Shown one piece after another: positions 17,801-27,579 of a stretch of DNA of 64,000 bases; position 1 is the first letter of the stretch; each line of letters opens with the position of its first letter. The DNA lies in NCBI GenBank assembly GCA_963668025.2, contig CAXXTH010000017.1, positions 576,001 to 640,000 on the forward strand, read 5' to 3'. This DNA comes from Candidatus Hydrogenedentota bacterium. Its GTDB lineage: Bacteria > Hydrogenedentota > Hydrogenedentia > Hydrogenedentales > SLHB01. Under the pieces are notes generated by a model. The model ran no database searches and was not told the DNA's origin. It saw only the letters and a list, made by a program, of their open reading frames with translations. A program made the translations under genes and the position numbers.

Positions 17801-19428
17801 ATAGTCGTCACGAGCGACATGACAATCTCTTCGCGAATCGGGTCGATGGGCGGATTGGTCACCTGCGCGAAGAGCTGTTTGAAATAATTGAACAGCAACT
17901 GCGGGCGCTCGGACAACACCGCCAGCGGTGTATCGTTGCCCATCGAGCCCACGGGCTCATGGGCGTCGCGCGCCATGGGGGCCAGCAGGATCTCGTGGTC
18001 TTCCTGGGTATAGCCGAAGATTTGCTCCCGCTCGATGAGCGGGGCTTCCTTTGCGGGCCAGCCTTTGCGCGGGCAGCTATCGGGAAGCGTGAAGCGATGC
18101 ATATCCAGCCACAGGCGGTAGGGCCGCATGAGCGACAAGCGGTTCTTGATTTCGTCGTCGCCCACGATGCGGTGCTCCTCGGTGTCGATAAGGAACATGC
18201 GCCCGGGCTCGAGCCGCCCTTTCTGGACAATCTTCTCTTGCGGGATATCCAGCACGCCCACCTCGGACGCCATTACCACGAAATCATCGTCCGTGACCCA
18301 ATACCGCGAGGGGCGCAAGCCGTTGCGGTCGAGCACCGCGCCGATGCGCACGCCGTCGGTGAAGGCCATCGAAGCCGGGCCGTCCCAAGGTTCTTGCAGG
18401 CATGCATGGTATTCATAAAACGCCTTCTTCCCGGGCGGCATGCTTTCATGCTTGGCCCAAGGTTCGGGGATCATCATCATCATGGCGTGGGCCATCGAGC
18501 GGCCGCCATGCACGAGCAGCTCGAAGGCGTTGTCAAAAATGGCCGAATCGCTTCCCGTTTCATCTAGTACGGGCAGCAGGTCATGCACATACCCCCCAAA
18601 AAAGGGGCTGGCTAAATGGCGCTCGCGTGAACGCATCATATTGATATTGCCGCGCAAGGTATTGATTTCACCATTATGCGCCAGGAACCGAAACGGCTGG
18701 GCCAGGGGCCATGCCGGCAACGTATTCGTACTATACCGCTGATGGACCAGGGCAAGCTGGCTCTCGAAGCGCGAATCGCTCAAGTCTTCATAATACCGAG
18801 CCATTTGAGTGGCCAGCATGAGGCCTTTGTAACAAATCGTTCTGGCGGATAGCGTCGCGAAATAAAAACAGCTTCGGGATGGAATATCCGTCTGCGCCAC
18901 GGCGCGCTCGATGCACTTCCGGATCACGAATAGCATCCGCTCGAAACCGTCCACATCCAGCCCAACGCCACGACCGATAAACACCTGGTAAATGACCGGC
19001 TCATTCTTCCGCGCCAGCCATCCCAGCGCATCCGAATTACGCGGCACTTCCCGCCAGCCTAGAAAATGCTGATGCTTATCTATGATGGCCTTCTCGGCGA
19101 TTGCCATGCACTTCTTCCGATCTTTCGCGTCCGAAGGCAGAAAAATCATCCCCACGCCATATTCGCCCTTGCCCGGCAAATCAAACTTCAACTCCCCCGA
19201 AATCTCCTGGAAAAACCGGTGGGGTATTTGCATCATAATGCCCGCGCCGTCGCCCGTCTCGGGGTCGCAGCCGCATGCGCCTCGGTGTTCGAGATTCTCG
19301 AGCACTTGAATGCCCTGCTCGATAATCTGGTGGGTCGGGCCGCCTTTCAGGTTGGCCACGAAGCCTACCCCGCATGCATCATGCTCATAAAAGGGGTCAT
19401 ACATCCCGTGTGGTTCTGGGTAATTCAT
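14896..19428 (-). CDS. gltB: Glutamate synthase large subunit
   Basis: EHDACGVG, HQRYSTNT, HNGEINT, MAQGAKPGEGGQLPG, CHLNTCPVG and GXGXG domain; alternative start at 19455. Confidence 0.98.
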   Translation of the reverse strand: MNYPEPHGMYDPFYEHDACGVGFVANLKGGPTHQIIEQGIQVLENLEHRGACGCDPETGDGAGIMMQIPHRFFQEISGELKFDLPGKGEYGVGMIFLPSDAKDRKKCMAIAEKAIIDKHQHFLGWREVPRNSDALGWLARKNEPVIYQVFIGRGVGLDVDGFERMLFVIRKCIERAVAQTDIPSRSCFYFATLSARTICYKGLMLATQMARYYEDLSDSRFESQLALVHQRYSTNTLPAWPLAQPFRFLAHNGEINTLRGNINMMRSRERHLASPFFGGYVHDLLPVLDETGSDSAIFDNAFELLVHGGRSMAHAMMMMIPEPWAKHESMPPGKKAFYEYHACLQEPWDGPASMAFTDGVRIGAVLDRNGLRPSRYWVTDDDFVVMASEVGVLDIPQEKIVQKGRLEPGRMFLIDTEEHRIVGDDEIKNRLSLMRPYRLWLDMHRFTLPDSCPRKGWPAKEAPLIEREQIFGYTQEDHEILLAPMARDAHEPVGSMGNDTPLAVLSERPQLLFNYFKQLFAQVTNPPIDPIREEIVMSLVTTIGSEGNLLDETPEHCQQLFLHSPILTNEQLDYIKQLDKPGLKAAEISILFPAMEGPGALDKALDRVCAEVTDAVSNGATLLILSDRGVNELMAPIPSLMATGAVHQHLVRTQRRSECGLIVESGEPREVMHFALLAGYGAGAVNPYMAFEILDELVLKGAVPGSDFAKAQANFAKSIEKGLLKTMSKIGISTLHSYRSAQIFEAIGLSSALVARCFTGTASRIEGIDIADVARETLMRHAIAYPKTHARSRELDPGGIYRWRPRGEYHQVNPETIASIQHAVQKNNREKYREFSSIVNDRNRQLATLRGLLKFKTGDAVPLDEVEPAKDIVRRFCTGAMSFGSISKEAHENLAIAMNRLGGRSNTGEGGEDPRRFTPAPNGDSRRSAIKQVASGRFGVTNEYLVNADELQIKMAQGAKPGEGGQLPGHKVFQEIATVRYSTPGVELISPPPHHDIYSIEDLAQLIHDLKNANIHANVSVKLVSEVGVGTVAAGVSKGKADLVLVSGDAGGTGASPLSSIKHAGIPWELGLSETQQVLVQNDLRDRIRVQTDGQMKTGRDVAIAFLLGADEVGFATMPLIASGCIMMRKCHLNTCPVGIATQDPELRKKFNGKPEYVINFFFFVAEEVREIMAQLGFRTVNEMIGRVDMLEYDPLPTHWKSQKLDLTRILTKPEPWEGSTLYCSKKQEHGIEEALDFEIMKKAEPAIERQAPVRFRLNIRNIHRTVGAMLSSELTRRYKLGLYGGTLPEDLIWIDCKGAAGQSFGAFTIQGVTLCVEGEANDYIGKGLSGGKIIVRPSKDGGFSPEHNIIVGNVALYGATGGQAFFRGVAGERFCVRNSGAWAVVEGVGDHGCEYMTGGRAVILGKTGRNFAAGMSGGIAFVYDEDGSLASKCNTGMVDLKPLHEKSIPELRDMLVRHVEYTDSAAARRILADYAESVEKFVRVMPRDYARVLKSQMQSEFERMTQIPH

Positions 19429-20099
19429 AGGAAATTCACCTTGCCTTTCAAACACATCCTCGAAAAGACCATTGGCTCACCGGCCCAATAAAAGATAGGA
19501 CGCCAGCCCGCAGGCCCTGTTCGCCTCGCCCCTTGCCCGCCGTCTTTGTACACCCTGCCCGCCATGCAGGTCTTTGGGTGCGCTGATGATTCATCAGCTC
19601 AAGATGCGGGAGCGAGAGAGGCGCGCGGCAGCGAACTCCACCTTAGGTGAACATCAATGCCGCTTTACAAACCGCACCACGGCGCCAGCCCAGCAATTGC
19701 CCAGCTTTGCTTCCATTTCTACAACATGTTGTAGTTTTAACGCCGCGAAAGACTTTGATCTGGTGGGTACCGCATACCGCGTGCCAAGTCTTTTTCGGGA
19801 TGCGCGCGCAAATGCGTCGCGCGCAAATGGGTGAATGATAAGAGCTTATACGGATTTATCTTCATGCGTGTCTTGTGTGCGGCTATAAAAAAACATACAT
19901 TTGCGTAGGAACATTTCCAAAATGTAGTACATTTACGTAGGACGTTATGCGCCCATGTTGTTCTTTCTCCTCGTCTTAATCTCACAAAAAAGCCATACAA
20001 TTTGTTCCTTTCTTACATAAGTTGTGTTAGACTAGTGAAGCGGCATATCACTTGCTTGGCCATGAGTACAGGCTTATGTGGTGAGGAAGGAGACAAAAC

Positions 20100-20363
20100 A
20101 TGCCTTCAGTAAACAATGAACTCGGTAAGTTATTGGAAGAAGTGGGCCAATTTGTCACCAAGCAGAAAGGGGCTTGGGAGCATGCCGACTGGGAGGCTTT
20201 TCTTGTAAAAGTCGAAAAGCTCGGATTCCATCTGACCGACGAGACCAAGCGCTTTGTAGGCAATTTACTGGAAGATTCAAAGCATCTTTTCCAGGTGTTG
20301 TCCACCAAAGCGGTTAAGCCGAAAGCTGCTCCAAAGAAAAAAGCCGCCGCTAAAAAAGCATAG
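20100..20363 (+). CDS. Small hypothetical protein with Lys/Ala-rich histone-like tail
   Basis: Strong AAGGAG RBS; C-terminus KAVKPKAAPKKKAAAKKA. Confidence 0.75.
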   Translation: MPSVNNELGKLLEEVGQFVTKQKGAWEHADWEAFLVKVEKLGFHLTDETKRFVGNLLEDSKHLFQVLSTKAVKPKAAPKKKAAAKKA

Positions 20364-20446
20364 TATTCTGTCGGTCTGCATCACAAGCAACGCGGATGCA
20401 TGGCTGCCGACAGTCATGCATCCATTGAGATGCGGATGGTCCTCGA

Positions 20447-21889
20447 TCAATTATCCGGGGAATGGCTGGTTGCGGCATCGGACATCTGGCGCCAGCGAAG
20501 TTCCGTTGCAGGTTGATAAATGGAAAGGTGGCGCCGTTTGAGGAATGCCAGCTCCCCAGGAAATCCGTAATCGACAAAAGGATTCCGAACACGCGGCGGC
20601 ACTTCATCGAGCCCTTGCACGATCATCCGCTGGACTTCGGAAGTGTATACTTTATGGTGCTCGTCAAGGTTGTAATACCCTTGCCTCGAGCTGAGCAAGG
20701 CGCACGCCGCCATGATCAACAATCCCAATCCGCCGATGCTTCTACGCCAGCGATGCGCCCATAACCAACCGTCTCCCATGGGCCTTTTCTGCAGCATCAA
20801 CGTAAATAAGAACACGATGCCTGTCCAGAACAAAATGGATATGGTGATATAACGCGGCGCATTGAAAACCTGCCAAATACCGCCGACTTCCGGGCGCGCG
20901 CGCGCCATGCCAGTCATAAGAGCGGAACCTACGGAAATGCACATCAAGGCCGTGAACGGGGCCAACGCCTCGGGCGGTACGCGCCGGGCGCGCCAGAGTC
21001 CGGCGTGCGCCCATGCGGCAAACAACAGCCCTATGGCGCCCGCTATTAACGCCGCCCATGGCCGGAAATAGGCGATTCCAGCTCCGATATACACAGCGGC
21101 ATACCCCGCGAGCACCACTGGATTGGCTTGGATAAGATGAGCAGGCGGGCGGACGACATCCTGGTTAAAATCCCAACAGTAGAACCCATACACGGCAAAC
21201 GCCCCAATCAGCCACAATACAAGATACGCCCAACAGCGAGGCGCGCCACGTCCATGCCGCATCGCCAGCACGATGAATGCGCCTCCCCAATATACGATGC
21301 CGATGCCAAAGGAATAAGTGGCGGCTACGCCGCATATAAATGCAATGCACACATGGCCCCAGCCTAGGGATTCCGATGAAAGCATCGCTAATCCAATATA
21401 GACGGCCAGCACGGCCATCCAAATCTGTATTTGCCAGCCCCATTCCCAATTCAGCCATTGGCTGAGCGAAAACATCAATATGGACAATACCGGCAAAGCC
21501 GCCCACGGAACGATGCCGCCCACGCGGCGCATCGAGCGAAACAACATAAAAACCGCCATCCCGAAAATGAGCGCACCCAATATAATATTGGCTCCCACGG
21601 GATACCGATGGTCCCAGTCCGTCCAGCGGATCAATGCGAGCAACACCGCCCGGGGCAGAAACAGCCGGTGGTTGTTGTGCAGACTATACAGCTCCTGCCA
21701 GGGAATAGTTCCGTTCCAGACCTTCTCTACAAGCGGAATAAACAGCCATTCATCGGAGTGAGGATAATTGATGTAATACCGGGAAGACGCCCAGAGAAGT
21801 GCCCCAAAAGGCAACGCACAGGCGAGAAGCCCCCCAAAAAAACGTATGCGGCTCCGCACCGTTGCTGGCAAATCCTGAATGATATACAT
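20447..21889 (-). CDS. Polytopic membrane protein, GT-C-like glycosyltransferase (paralog 1)
   Basis: PHSDEW...HNNHRLFLP loop motif, about 12 TM helices. Confidence 0.7.
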   Translation of the reverse strand: MYIIQDLPATVRSRIRFFGGLLACALPFGALLWASSRYYINYPHSDEWLFIPLVEKVWNGTIPWQELYSLHNNHRLFLPRAVLLALIRWTDWDHRYPVGANIILGALIFGMAVFMLFRSMRRVGGIVPWAALPVLSILMFSLSQWLNWEWGWQIQIWMAVLAVYIGLAMLSSESLGWGHVCIAFICGVAATYSFGIGIVYWGGAFIVLAMRHGRGAPRCWAYLVLWLIGAFAVYGFYCWDFNQDVVRPPAHLIQANPVVLAGYAAVYIGAGIAYFRPWAALIAGAIGLLFAAWAHAGLWRARRVPPEALAPFTALMCISVGSALMTGMARARPEVGGIWQVFNAPRYITISILFWTGIVFLFTLMLQKRPMGDGWLWAHRWRRSIGGLGLLIMAACALLSSRQGYYNLDEHHKVYTSEVQRMIVQGLDEVPPRVRNPFVDYGFPGELAFLKRRHLSIYQPATELRWRQMSDAATSHSPDN

Positions 21890-22014
21890 GCCGCTTCCCT
21901 TTTACTCCAAGTTATTCACCAAAAATCCATTGCGGAAGGCTTATATTTCTAGTGAGGCATCACCGCAACCAGAGATCCGGATTTAAACCACATTAATTAC
22001 ACCAAAATTGATAA

Positions 22015-22277
22015 CGTAGGGTGGGGCTTGCCCCACCAGTCAAAGGAAGAGTCAGCCAAAACATCTTAAAAACGCATACTATAACAAGTTGATTCAATTT
22101 GACTTACACAGAAAATCTTCGCAAGAAAATAAAATTTTGCTCGTTAGTAGTACACTACTATCTGCCGAAAATACGGTTTTCTTGCGAGGATTTCCCTGAA
22201 AAACCATTGCATATCAAATCGTTAGGTCGAGATTATATAGGCGTATTCCTTGAGCGGTGGGGCATGCCCCACCCTGC
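22015..22277. repeat. Inverted pair of GTAG-type REP-like hairpins
   Basis: cgtagggtggggcttgccccacc (22015-37) and ggtggggcatgccccaccctgc (22256-77). Confidence 0.65.
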
Positions 22278-22291
22278 AATTTTTAGTGTAT

Positions 22292-22885
22292 TTAGTGGTC
22301 GCAAAATCCGCCTCTTCTTTTTTCCATCCACTCCTTCGCCTCAAGCGCCCACGGGTGCGGATACATCAACATGTTGTTGTCGAATAGGTAATTGATATAT
22401 GCAAGAGACGCCGCTTCCAGAGAGTGCTGCAACTGCTCAAACACCCTGTCATAAAAGGGCGGCCGTCCATTTTGATCCCAGGACAATTTATCGGCGATAA
22501 ATAACGCCATATCATAATCCGAAGGCTGGGCTTTTAGCGTGGTATGGCACGCAATGGCGCACAGGATTCTCTCATCATCAATCTGAAAGCGCTCCTTGGC
22601 CATAACAGCGGCGACCCTCTGGTGCAACAAGAAGGGATATTTCAATTCCGCTTCATACAGTGTCCAGGCTCGCTTTTTCGCAAATTCCAGTTGTTCTGCT
22701 GGGCTTAGTATCGCGCTGATATCATGCAGCAGCGCCGAAATGATACAGCTTTCATTGTCCAAGCCATATTGAGCGGCTATGCGTTCACCTATTTTCGACA
22801 CCGCGAGCACATGCTCGTATGTTTTTATTTTGCCGTGTTGTTGAAGCATGTTTTCGATACCGGCTCGCAATTCTGGGCTCATCAT
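22292..22885 (-). CDS. yqeK: HD-domain Ap4A hydrolase (symmetrical), YqeK family
   Basis: YEHVLAV, ALLHDIS, LLHQ, IACHTT and FIADKL. Confidence 0.8.
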   Translation of the reverse strand: MMSPELRAGIENMLQQHGKIKTYEHVLAVSKIGERIAAQYGLDNESCIISALLHDISAILSPAEQLEFAKKRAWTLYEAELKYPFLLHQRVAAVMAKERFQIDDERILCAIACHTTLKAQPSDYDMALFIADKLSWDQNGRPPFYDRVFEQLQHSLEAASLAYINYLFDNNMLMYPHPWALEAKEWMEKRRGGFCDH

Positions 22886-22926
22886 TTCCTATCCCTCAAC
22901 ATGTGTAAAGAAAGAGCTTATCCCCA

Positions 22927-24348
22927 TTACTTCCCGGATGCTTCCCGCCAGCGCTGTTCCGCATCCGGCCGAAAGATGGATAACTGCTGCTTCTTGATGA
23001 AGGCCAGTTCATTGGGAAATGTATAGGCGAAAGGATTCCGGACGCGCGGGGGAACCTCCGTGAGTTCCTGTACAATCATACGCCGCACTTCCGGCGTGTA
23101 GACTTTATAGTGTTCATCCATATTGAAATATCCTTGCCGGGAGCTGAGCAGGGCGCATGCCGCCACCATCATTAGCGCAACGCCGCCCAAACGCCTGCGC
23201 CACGGATGCGCCCACCCCCACCCAATGCCCAAAGGCTCTTTCTGCATCACCAGCGCCAACAAGAAAATGACACCCACCCAATACAGCGACGATATCGTAA
23301 AATAACGCGCATTGACGGCCTGCCATATGCCGCCCACGGCTGGCCTGGCCCGCGCCATGCCCGTAAGCGCCGCCGAAGCCGCGGCGATGCACATCAGCGC
23401 GGTGAATGGGGCGAGCGCGGACGCGGGCACGCGCCGCGCCCTCCACAGCCCAATATGCGCCCATATGCCAAATACGAGCCCCGCGAAACCCACGAGCGGC
23501 GCGGCCCATGGCCGGAAATAGGTGAGCCCCGCGCCAATATAAATCACCCCATACGCGGCAATCTTCAATGGATTGGCTTGTATGAGCCGGCTGGCGGATT
23601 GGGCCTCCGCCTGTTCGTATCCGTAAGCGTAGAGCCCATAGAGCACACAAGACGCGAGCGCCCACGCGAGCAAATACAGCCAGCGGCGCGGTTCACCGCG
23701 AAAATGCCGCATGGCCAGCGCCACGAATGCGCCCCCCCAGAACATCGCGCCAATAGCGAAAGAATAGGTAGCAGCGGCCCCAAACAAGAAAGCGAGCAGC
23801 AAATGCCATCCGCATAAACGCTCCACGGAAAGGACCGCCAGTCCAGCATACACCGCCAATACCGCCATCCAGATTTGTATCTGCCATCCCCATTCCCAGT
23901 TGGTCCACTGGCTGAGAGAAAACACCAGCAGCGATAACACGGGGAACGCCGCCCAAGGGCATGTCCCGCCCGCGCGCCGTGTCGAACGGGCCAGTAAAAA
24001 CGCGGCAAGCCCGAAAATACACGCGCCCAGCGCGATATTGGCAGCGACCGGATACCGATGGTCCCAATGCGTCCACCGGACCAGCCCCAGCAAAACCGCC
24101 TGAGGAAGAAATAGCCGGTGCCCATTATACGGCTGGTAGAATTCGGCCCACGGAATGGGGCCATTCCATGCCTGCTCGATCAAATGAATAAACGCCCATT
24201 CATCGGCATGGGGATAATTAAAATAATAGCGCGAGGACGCCCAAACGAGGGCCAGGAACGGAACCAGGCACGCCAAAACCGCCAAAATGAATCCCATACG
24301 GCCTTCCTGGGCGCGTTCTGGCTTCTTCATATGCCTCTCCTCTTTCAT
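22927..24348 (-). CDS. Polytopic membrane protein, GT-C-like (paralog 2)
   Basis: PHADEW...YNGHRLFLP; collinear and highly similar to 20447-21889. Confidence 0.7.
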   Translation of the reverse strand: MKEERHMKKPERAQEGRMGFILAVLACLVPFLALVWASSRYYFNYPHADEWAFIHLIEQAWNGPIPWAEFYQPYNGHRLFLPQAVLLGLVRWTHWDHRYPVAANIALGACIFGLAAFLLARSTRRAGGTCPWAAFPVLSLLVFSLSQWTNWEWGWQIQIWMAVLAVYAGLAVLSVERLCGWHLLLAFLFGAAATYSFAIGAMFWGGAFVALAMRHFRGEPRRWLYLLAWALASCVLYGLYAYGYEQAEAQSASRLIQANPLKIAAYGVIYIGAGLTYFRPWAAPLVGFAGLVFGIWAHIGLWRARRVPASALAPFTALMCIAAASAALTGMARARPAVGGIWQAVNARYFTISSLYWVGVIFLLALVMQKEPLGIGWGWAHPWRRRLGGVALMMVAACALLSSRQGYFNMDEHYKVYTPEVRRMIVQELTEVPPRVRNPFAYTFPNELAFIKKQQLSIFRPDAEQRWREASGK

Positions 24349-24398
24349 CGCACCACACGGCCGTTGCGATTTTTACGTGCGAGTTCAGTTCTTCGGGA

Positions 24399-27260
24399 TT
24401 ATCGTTGCGCACTGTCTATTTTTCGCAGGTGGGCCTGCAAGGTGGCATATAGGTCTTTCGATTGCACCGGCTTGACGATGCAGGCCGTGCAGCCAGCGGC
24501 AAGCCATTCTGGCACGCGTGATTGGTCGCTGGGCATAACCATGCCGATAATGGGCAATTGTGTGAACTCAGATGCGGCCCGCAAGGTGCGGACGGTGTCC
24601 ATCCCGTCCCGGCCCGATAAGCGAAGGCTGATCAAAATAAGCTGGGGGCGGCGAAGGGTGGCCATCTCGAGTGTTTCCGAGCTATCCCGGGCCGCCAGCA
24701 CTTCAAGCCCCAAAATCCGCAGCATGCTGTACAGCACTTTGAGATGGCTTTCATTTTCTTCCGCCACCAGCACCGTGCGCCCGATAAGGCCTTGCTGCAA
24801 CAACGAACCTGTCGTGCGCATGGCGGCGGAACGGCGGCTGCTCGTAAGGGCGCGGAACGGCACGGTGAACCAAAACGTGTTGCCGTGTTCTGGTTCGCTC
24901 TCGACGCCGATGCGCCCGCCTTGGAGCTCCACAAGCCGCCGGGCTAAAGCCAAGCCCGCGCCTGTTCCTTCCAAGTGGGCGTATCTCGATTCTTCCGAAC
25001 GGAAAAATGTTTCGTAGAGATTTGTCTTCAGGGCTTTGCTAATGCCTTCGCTTTTATCCGTGACGCTGATGCGGGCCTCTTCACCGCTGATTTTTTCCGC
25101 ATGTATAGTGATCTCGCTTCCGCTAGGCGCAAGTTTGATGGCGCTCAAGAGCAGTTCGCTCAAGACATGCCGGGTCCGGTGCGGATCGGCATATAAGGAA
25201 GGCAATTCAGGTTCAACATGAAGAGACAGCTTGATCTGCTTGTTTTTAATCTCGCCCGTAGCGTGGTCCACTGCATAATCTATGCATTCCTGCGCCGTAA
25301 AGAATGCCGGAGTGATATCGAGCCCCCCGGTGTCAATGCTCGCTAAATCCAGCAAATCATGGATAAGAGAAAGCAAATGCGCGCCAGCGCCCCCGATATG
25401 CTCGACATATTGCTGTTGTTTCTCGTTCAGCTCGCCATGATATTGCCGCGCCAACAAATTGGCGAATCCCAGAATGGCGTTCATCGGGGTGCGCAGTTCA
25501 TGAGACAAATGCCTCAAGAAAGCGTTCTGAAAATCCCGGGGACTGCTCTCAATGGCAGCCTCGGGCTGCCCTTCTGGTTCTGGCGCGGCTGCGTTCTCGG
25601 GGGAGGCTTCCGCACGTTCGAGGGCTTGGCGCAACGATGCCCGCGTTTCCTCGTGTTCAATGGCGGCGCTGGCCGATTCGGCGAATGCGCGCAACGCTGG
25701 CCCGTTCGATTCATCCCATGGCCCATTTTGCGCTTGGACTACATAAGCAAGAACCCCCGCCAGGCGTCCCTGTATCCGAACAGGCGATAATAACAAAATC
25801 GACGCATCATGCAGCGACAACATTTCGCGGACGGATGCGGGCAGCGCCCGCGCATCGCCTCGAATCGATTCGCCGTTTTGCAAGCGTTTCCGGGCCTCCG
25901 CGAGGGCCCCTGACCATGGCAGGCCGCCTGCATCTCCCGGCTCCGCCACGCCCCCGTTAGGCCACGCACACGCCACATGCGCGGCAGGCGCTTGTGCGCT
26001 GGGATTTGTTTCCCGTAAATAGACTATCCGTTCGAGCCCTACCGCACCGCCTAAAATGGGAAACGCCTCTTGCAGGCGGGATTCAATAGGTCCTGCGTGC
26101 TTTGCCAACAGCCCCACGGCTTCCGCCAAGCCGCGCAACGTCCGTTCGCGCGCATCAAGACTGTGGCGCAAAACCGTGCGCTCGGAAATATCCTGCACCC
26201 ATAACCAGGCGCACTTTCCTTCGCGGGGCGTTTCCACCGCCTGTATGGCCGTATCCAGCAGCCGCCATGCGCCACCGGAAACACGCCAGCGCAGTTCACG
26301 CTTGAAGGAAGCAGCGGGCTCCATGCGCACCTGCTCCAGCCCGTGGCGCAGCCGTTCCTGGTCGCCAGGATGGAGCCACTCTTCGACGTTCTTCGCGGAC
26401 AGCGCATCTTGTCCCACCCCGAGCAGCCGCAGGAATGCGGAATTGGCCAAACGGAATTCGCCTTGAGGAGTGAGCCAGGCTATCGCATGTGGCGCGTCCT
26501 GGATGGCAAGCAACAGGGATTCTTCGGCTGCTCCGTCTTGCACTGCTACAGGCTCTTCTTCAAGCACCGGTTCCGGAGATGGGATATGCTCGGGGGGCGG
26601 CGCGATTACAGGCGGAGGCACGGCAATGAACTCGAAAAACGCATACACTCCCCGGGGCGGCGCCAGGGCGGCCGTGACGAGAACACGTTCTGCGCCTGCG
26701 CCCGAACGGCTGGGCCACGCCAATTCGCGCTGCACAAGCTCCCTGCTGTGATATCCTTCCCGCAAGACCTCATCAAGCGCTTCATTAGCGGGATAGATTT
26801 CTTCCCGGCTTTTGCCAAGCTGATGGGCGGCTTTCCCCTCCAATATTTCCCGCGAAGCGCGATTGCATCCCACCAAGATAAACTGCCCGCCGCGCCGCTC
26901 CCATATAAGGGTGGGAACCGGCAAGGCCGCAAAAAAAGTGCGGAACCTATTAGGTTGTTCCCCTCGATTTTCTTCCCGTTCGCGGAGCAGGCTTTTCAAT
27001 AGAAATCCTACCGCACCCGCCGCCAGGCACGCGGCAAGGGTCCAAGCCAGGGAATTGGGCTCGGGAATCGCGGACCACCATCGTGAAATGGAATCGGGTG
27101 GAACAATGGGCGGCGATTCCTGGGCGAAAGCGCAGGACGCGCCGGCAACTATCGCCGTGAAAAAGATACAGGCTCCTCCCTGGCAGGCCAACACCATGAG
27201 CCGCCCGACAATCCCGCTGCGTGTTCTATTGCGATATAGCCGTTTCAACGATTCAACCAC
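24399..27260 (-). CDS. Hybrid sensor kinase-like protein (TM-PAS-PAS-GAF-HisKA-HATPase-REC) with degenerate catalytic motifs
   Basis: H-box SHELRTPMNAI and G2 GAGLGLA are intact; N-box and REC aspartate are altered. Confidence 0.85.
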   Translation of the reverse strand: MVESLKRLYRNRTRSGIVGRLMVLACQGGACIFFTAIVAGASCAFAQESPPIVPPDSISRWWSAIPEPNSLAWTLAACLAAGAVGFLLKSLLREREENRGEQPNRFRTFFAALPVPTLIWERRGGQFILVGCNRASREILEGKAAHQLGKSREEIYPANEALDEVLREGYHSRELVQRELAWPSRSGAGAERVLVTAALAPPRGVYAFFEFIAVPPPVIAPPPEHIPSPEPVLEEEPVAVQDGAAEESLLLAIQDAPHAIAWLTPQGEFRLANSAFLRLLGVGQDALSAKNVEEWLHPGDQERLRHGLEQVRMEPAASFKRELRWRVSGGAWRLLDTAIQAVETPREGKCAWLWVQDISERTVLRHSLDARERTLRGLAEAVGLLAKHAGPIESRLQEAFPILGGAVGLERIVYLRETNPSAQAPAAHVACAWPNGGVAEPGDAGGLPWSGALAEARKRLQNGESIRGDARALPASVREMLSLHDASILLLSPVRIQGRLAGVLAYVVQAQNGPWDESNGPALRAFAESASAAIEHEETRASLRQALERAEASPENAAAPEPEGQPEAAIESSPRDFQNAFLRHLSHELRTPMNAILGFANLLARQYHGELNEKQQQYVEHIGGAGAHLLSLIHDLLDLASIDTGGLDITPAFFTAQECIDYAVDHATGEIKNKQIKLSLHVEPELPSLYADPHRTRHVLSELLLSAIKLAPSGSEITIHAEKISGEEARISVTDKSEGISKALKTNLYETFFRSEESRYAHLEGTGAGLALARRLVELQGGRIGVESEPEHGNTFWFTVPFRALTSSRRSAAMRTTGSLLQQGLIGRTVLVAEENESHLKVLYSMLRILGLEVLAARDSSETLEMATLRRPQLILISLRLSGRDGMDTVRTLRAASEFTQLPIIGMVMPSDQSRVPEWLAAGCTACIVKPVQSKDLYATLQAHLRKIDSAQR

Positions 27261-27579
27261 ATCTCTGGCCTACGCATCAGCGTGCATGCATGTATCTTCG
27301 GCTGCGCCCGGTAGCTTTGCTGGGTCCATAACAGAAATCGCCCACTGGATGATAATCCGCGGAATCCCCCGTTCCCTTGTATAAAGCGGAATGGCTATCT
27401 AATGTTTCCACAACATTTTACCATATGTCTTCACGATTGGGAAAAGCATGGCGAGATATAGCCGTTCATGGCGAAAATAGCCTTTTCGGGCCGCCCCGCC
27501 GCGCATGGGCAAACTGCGCCTGCATTTCCTTTTAGAGGTGTGTATAATGCCCTCCTGTGCGCCCAATGGGGATTTTGAA

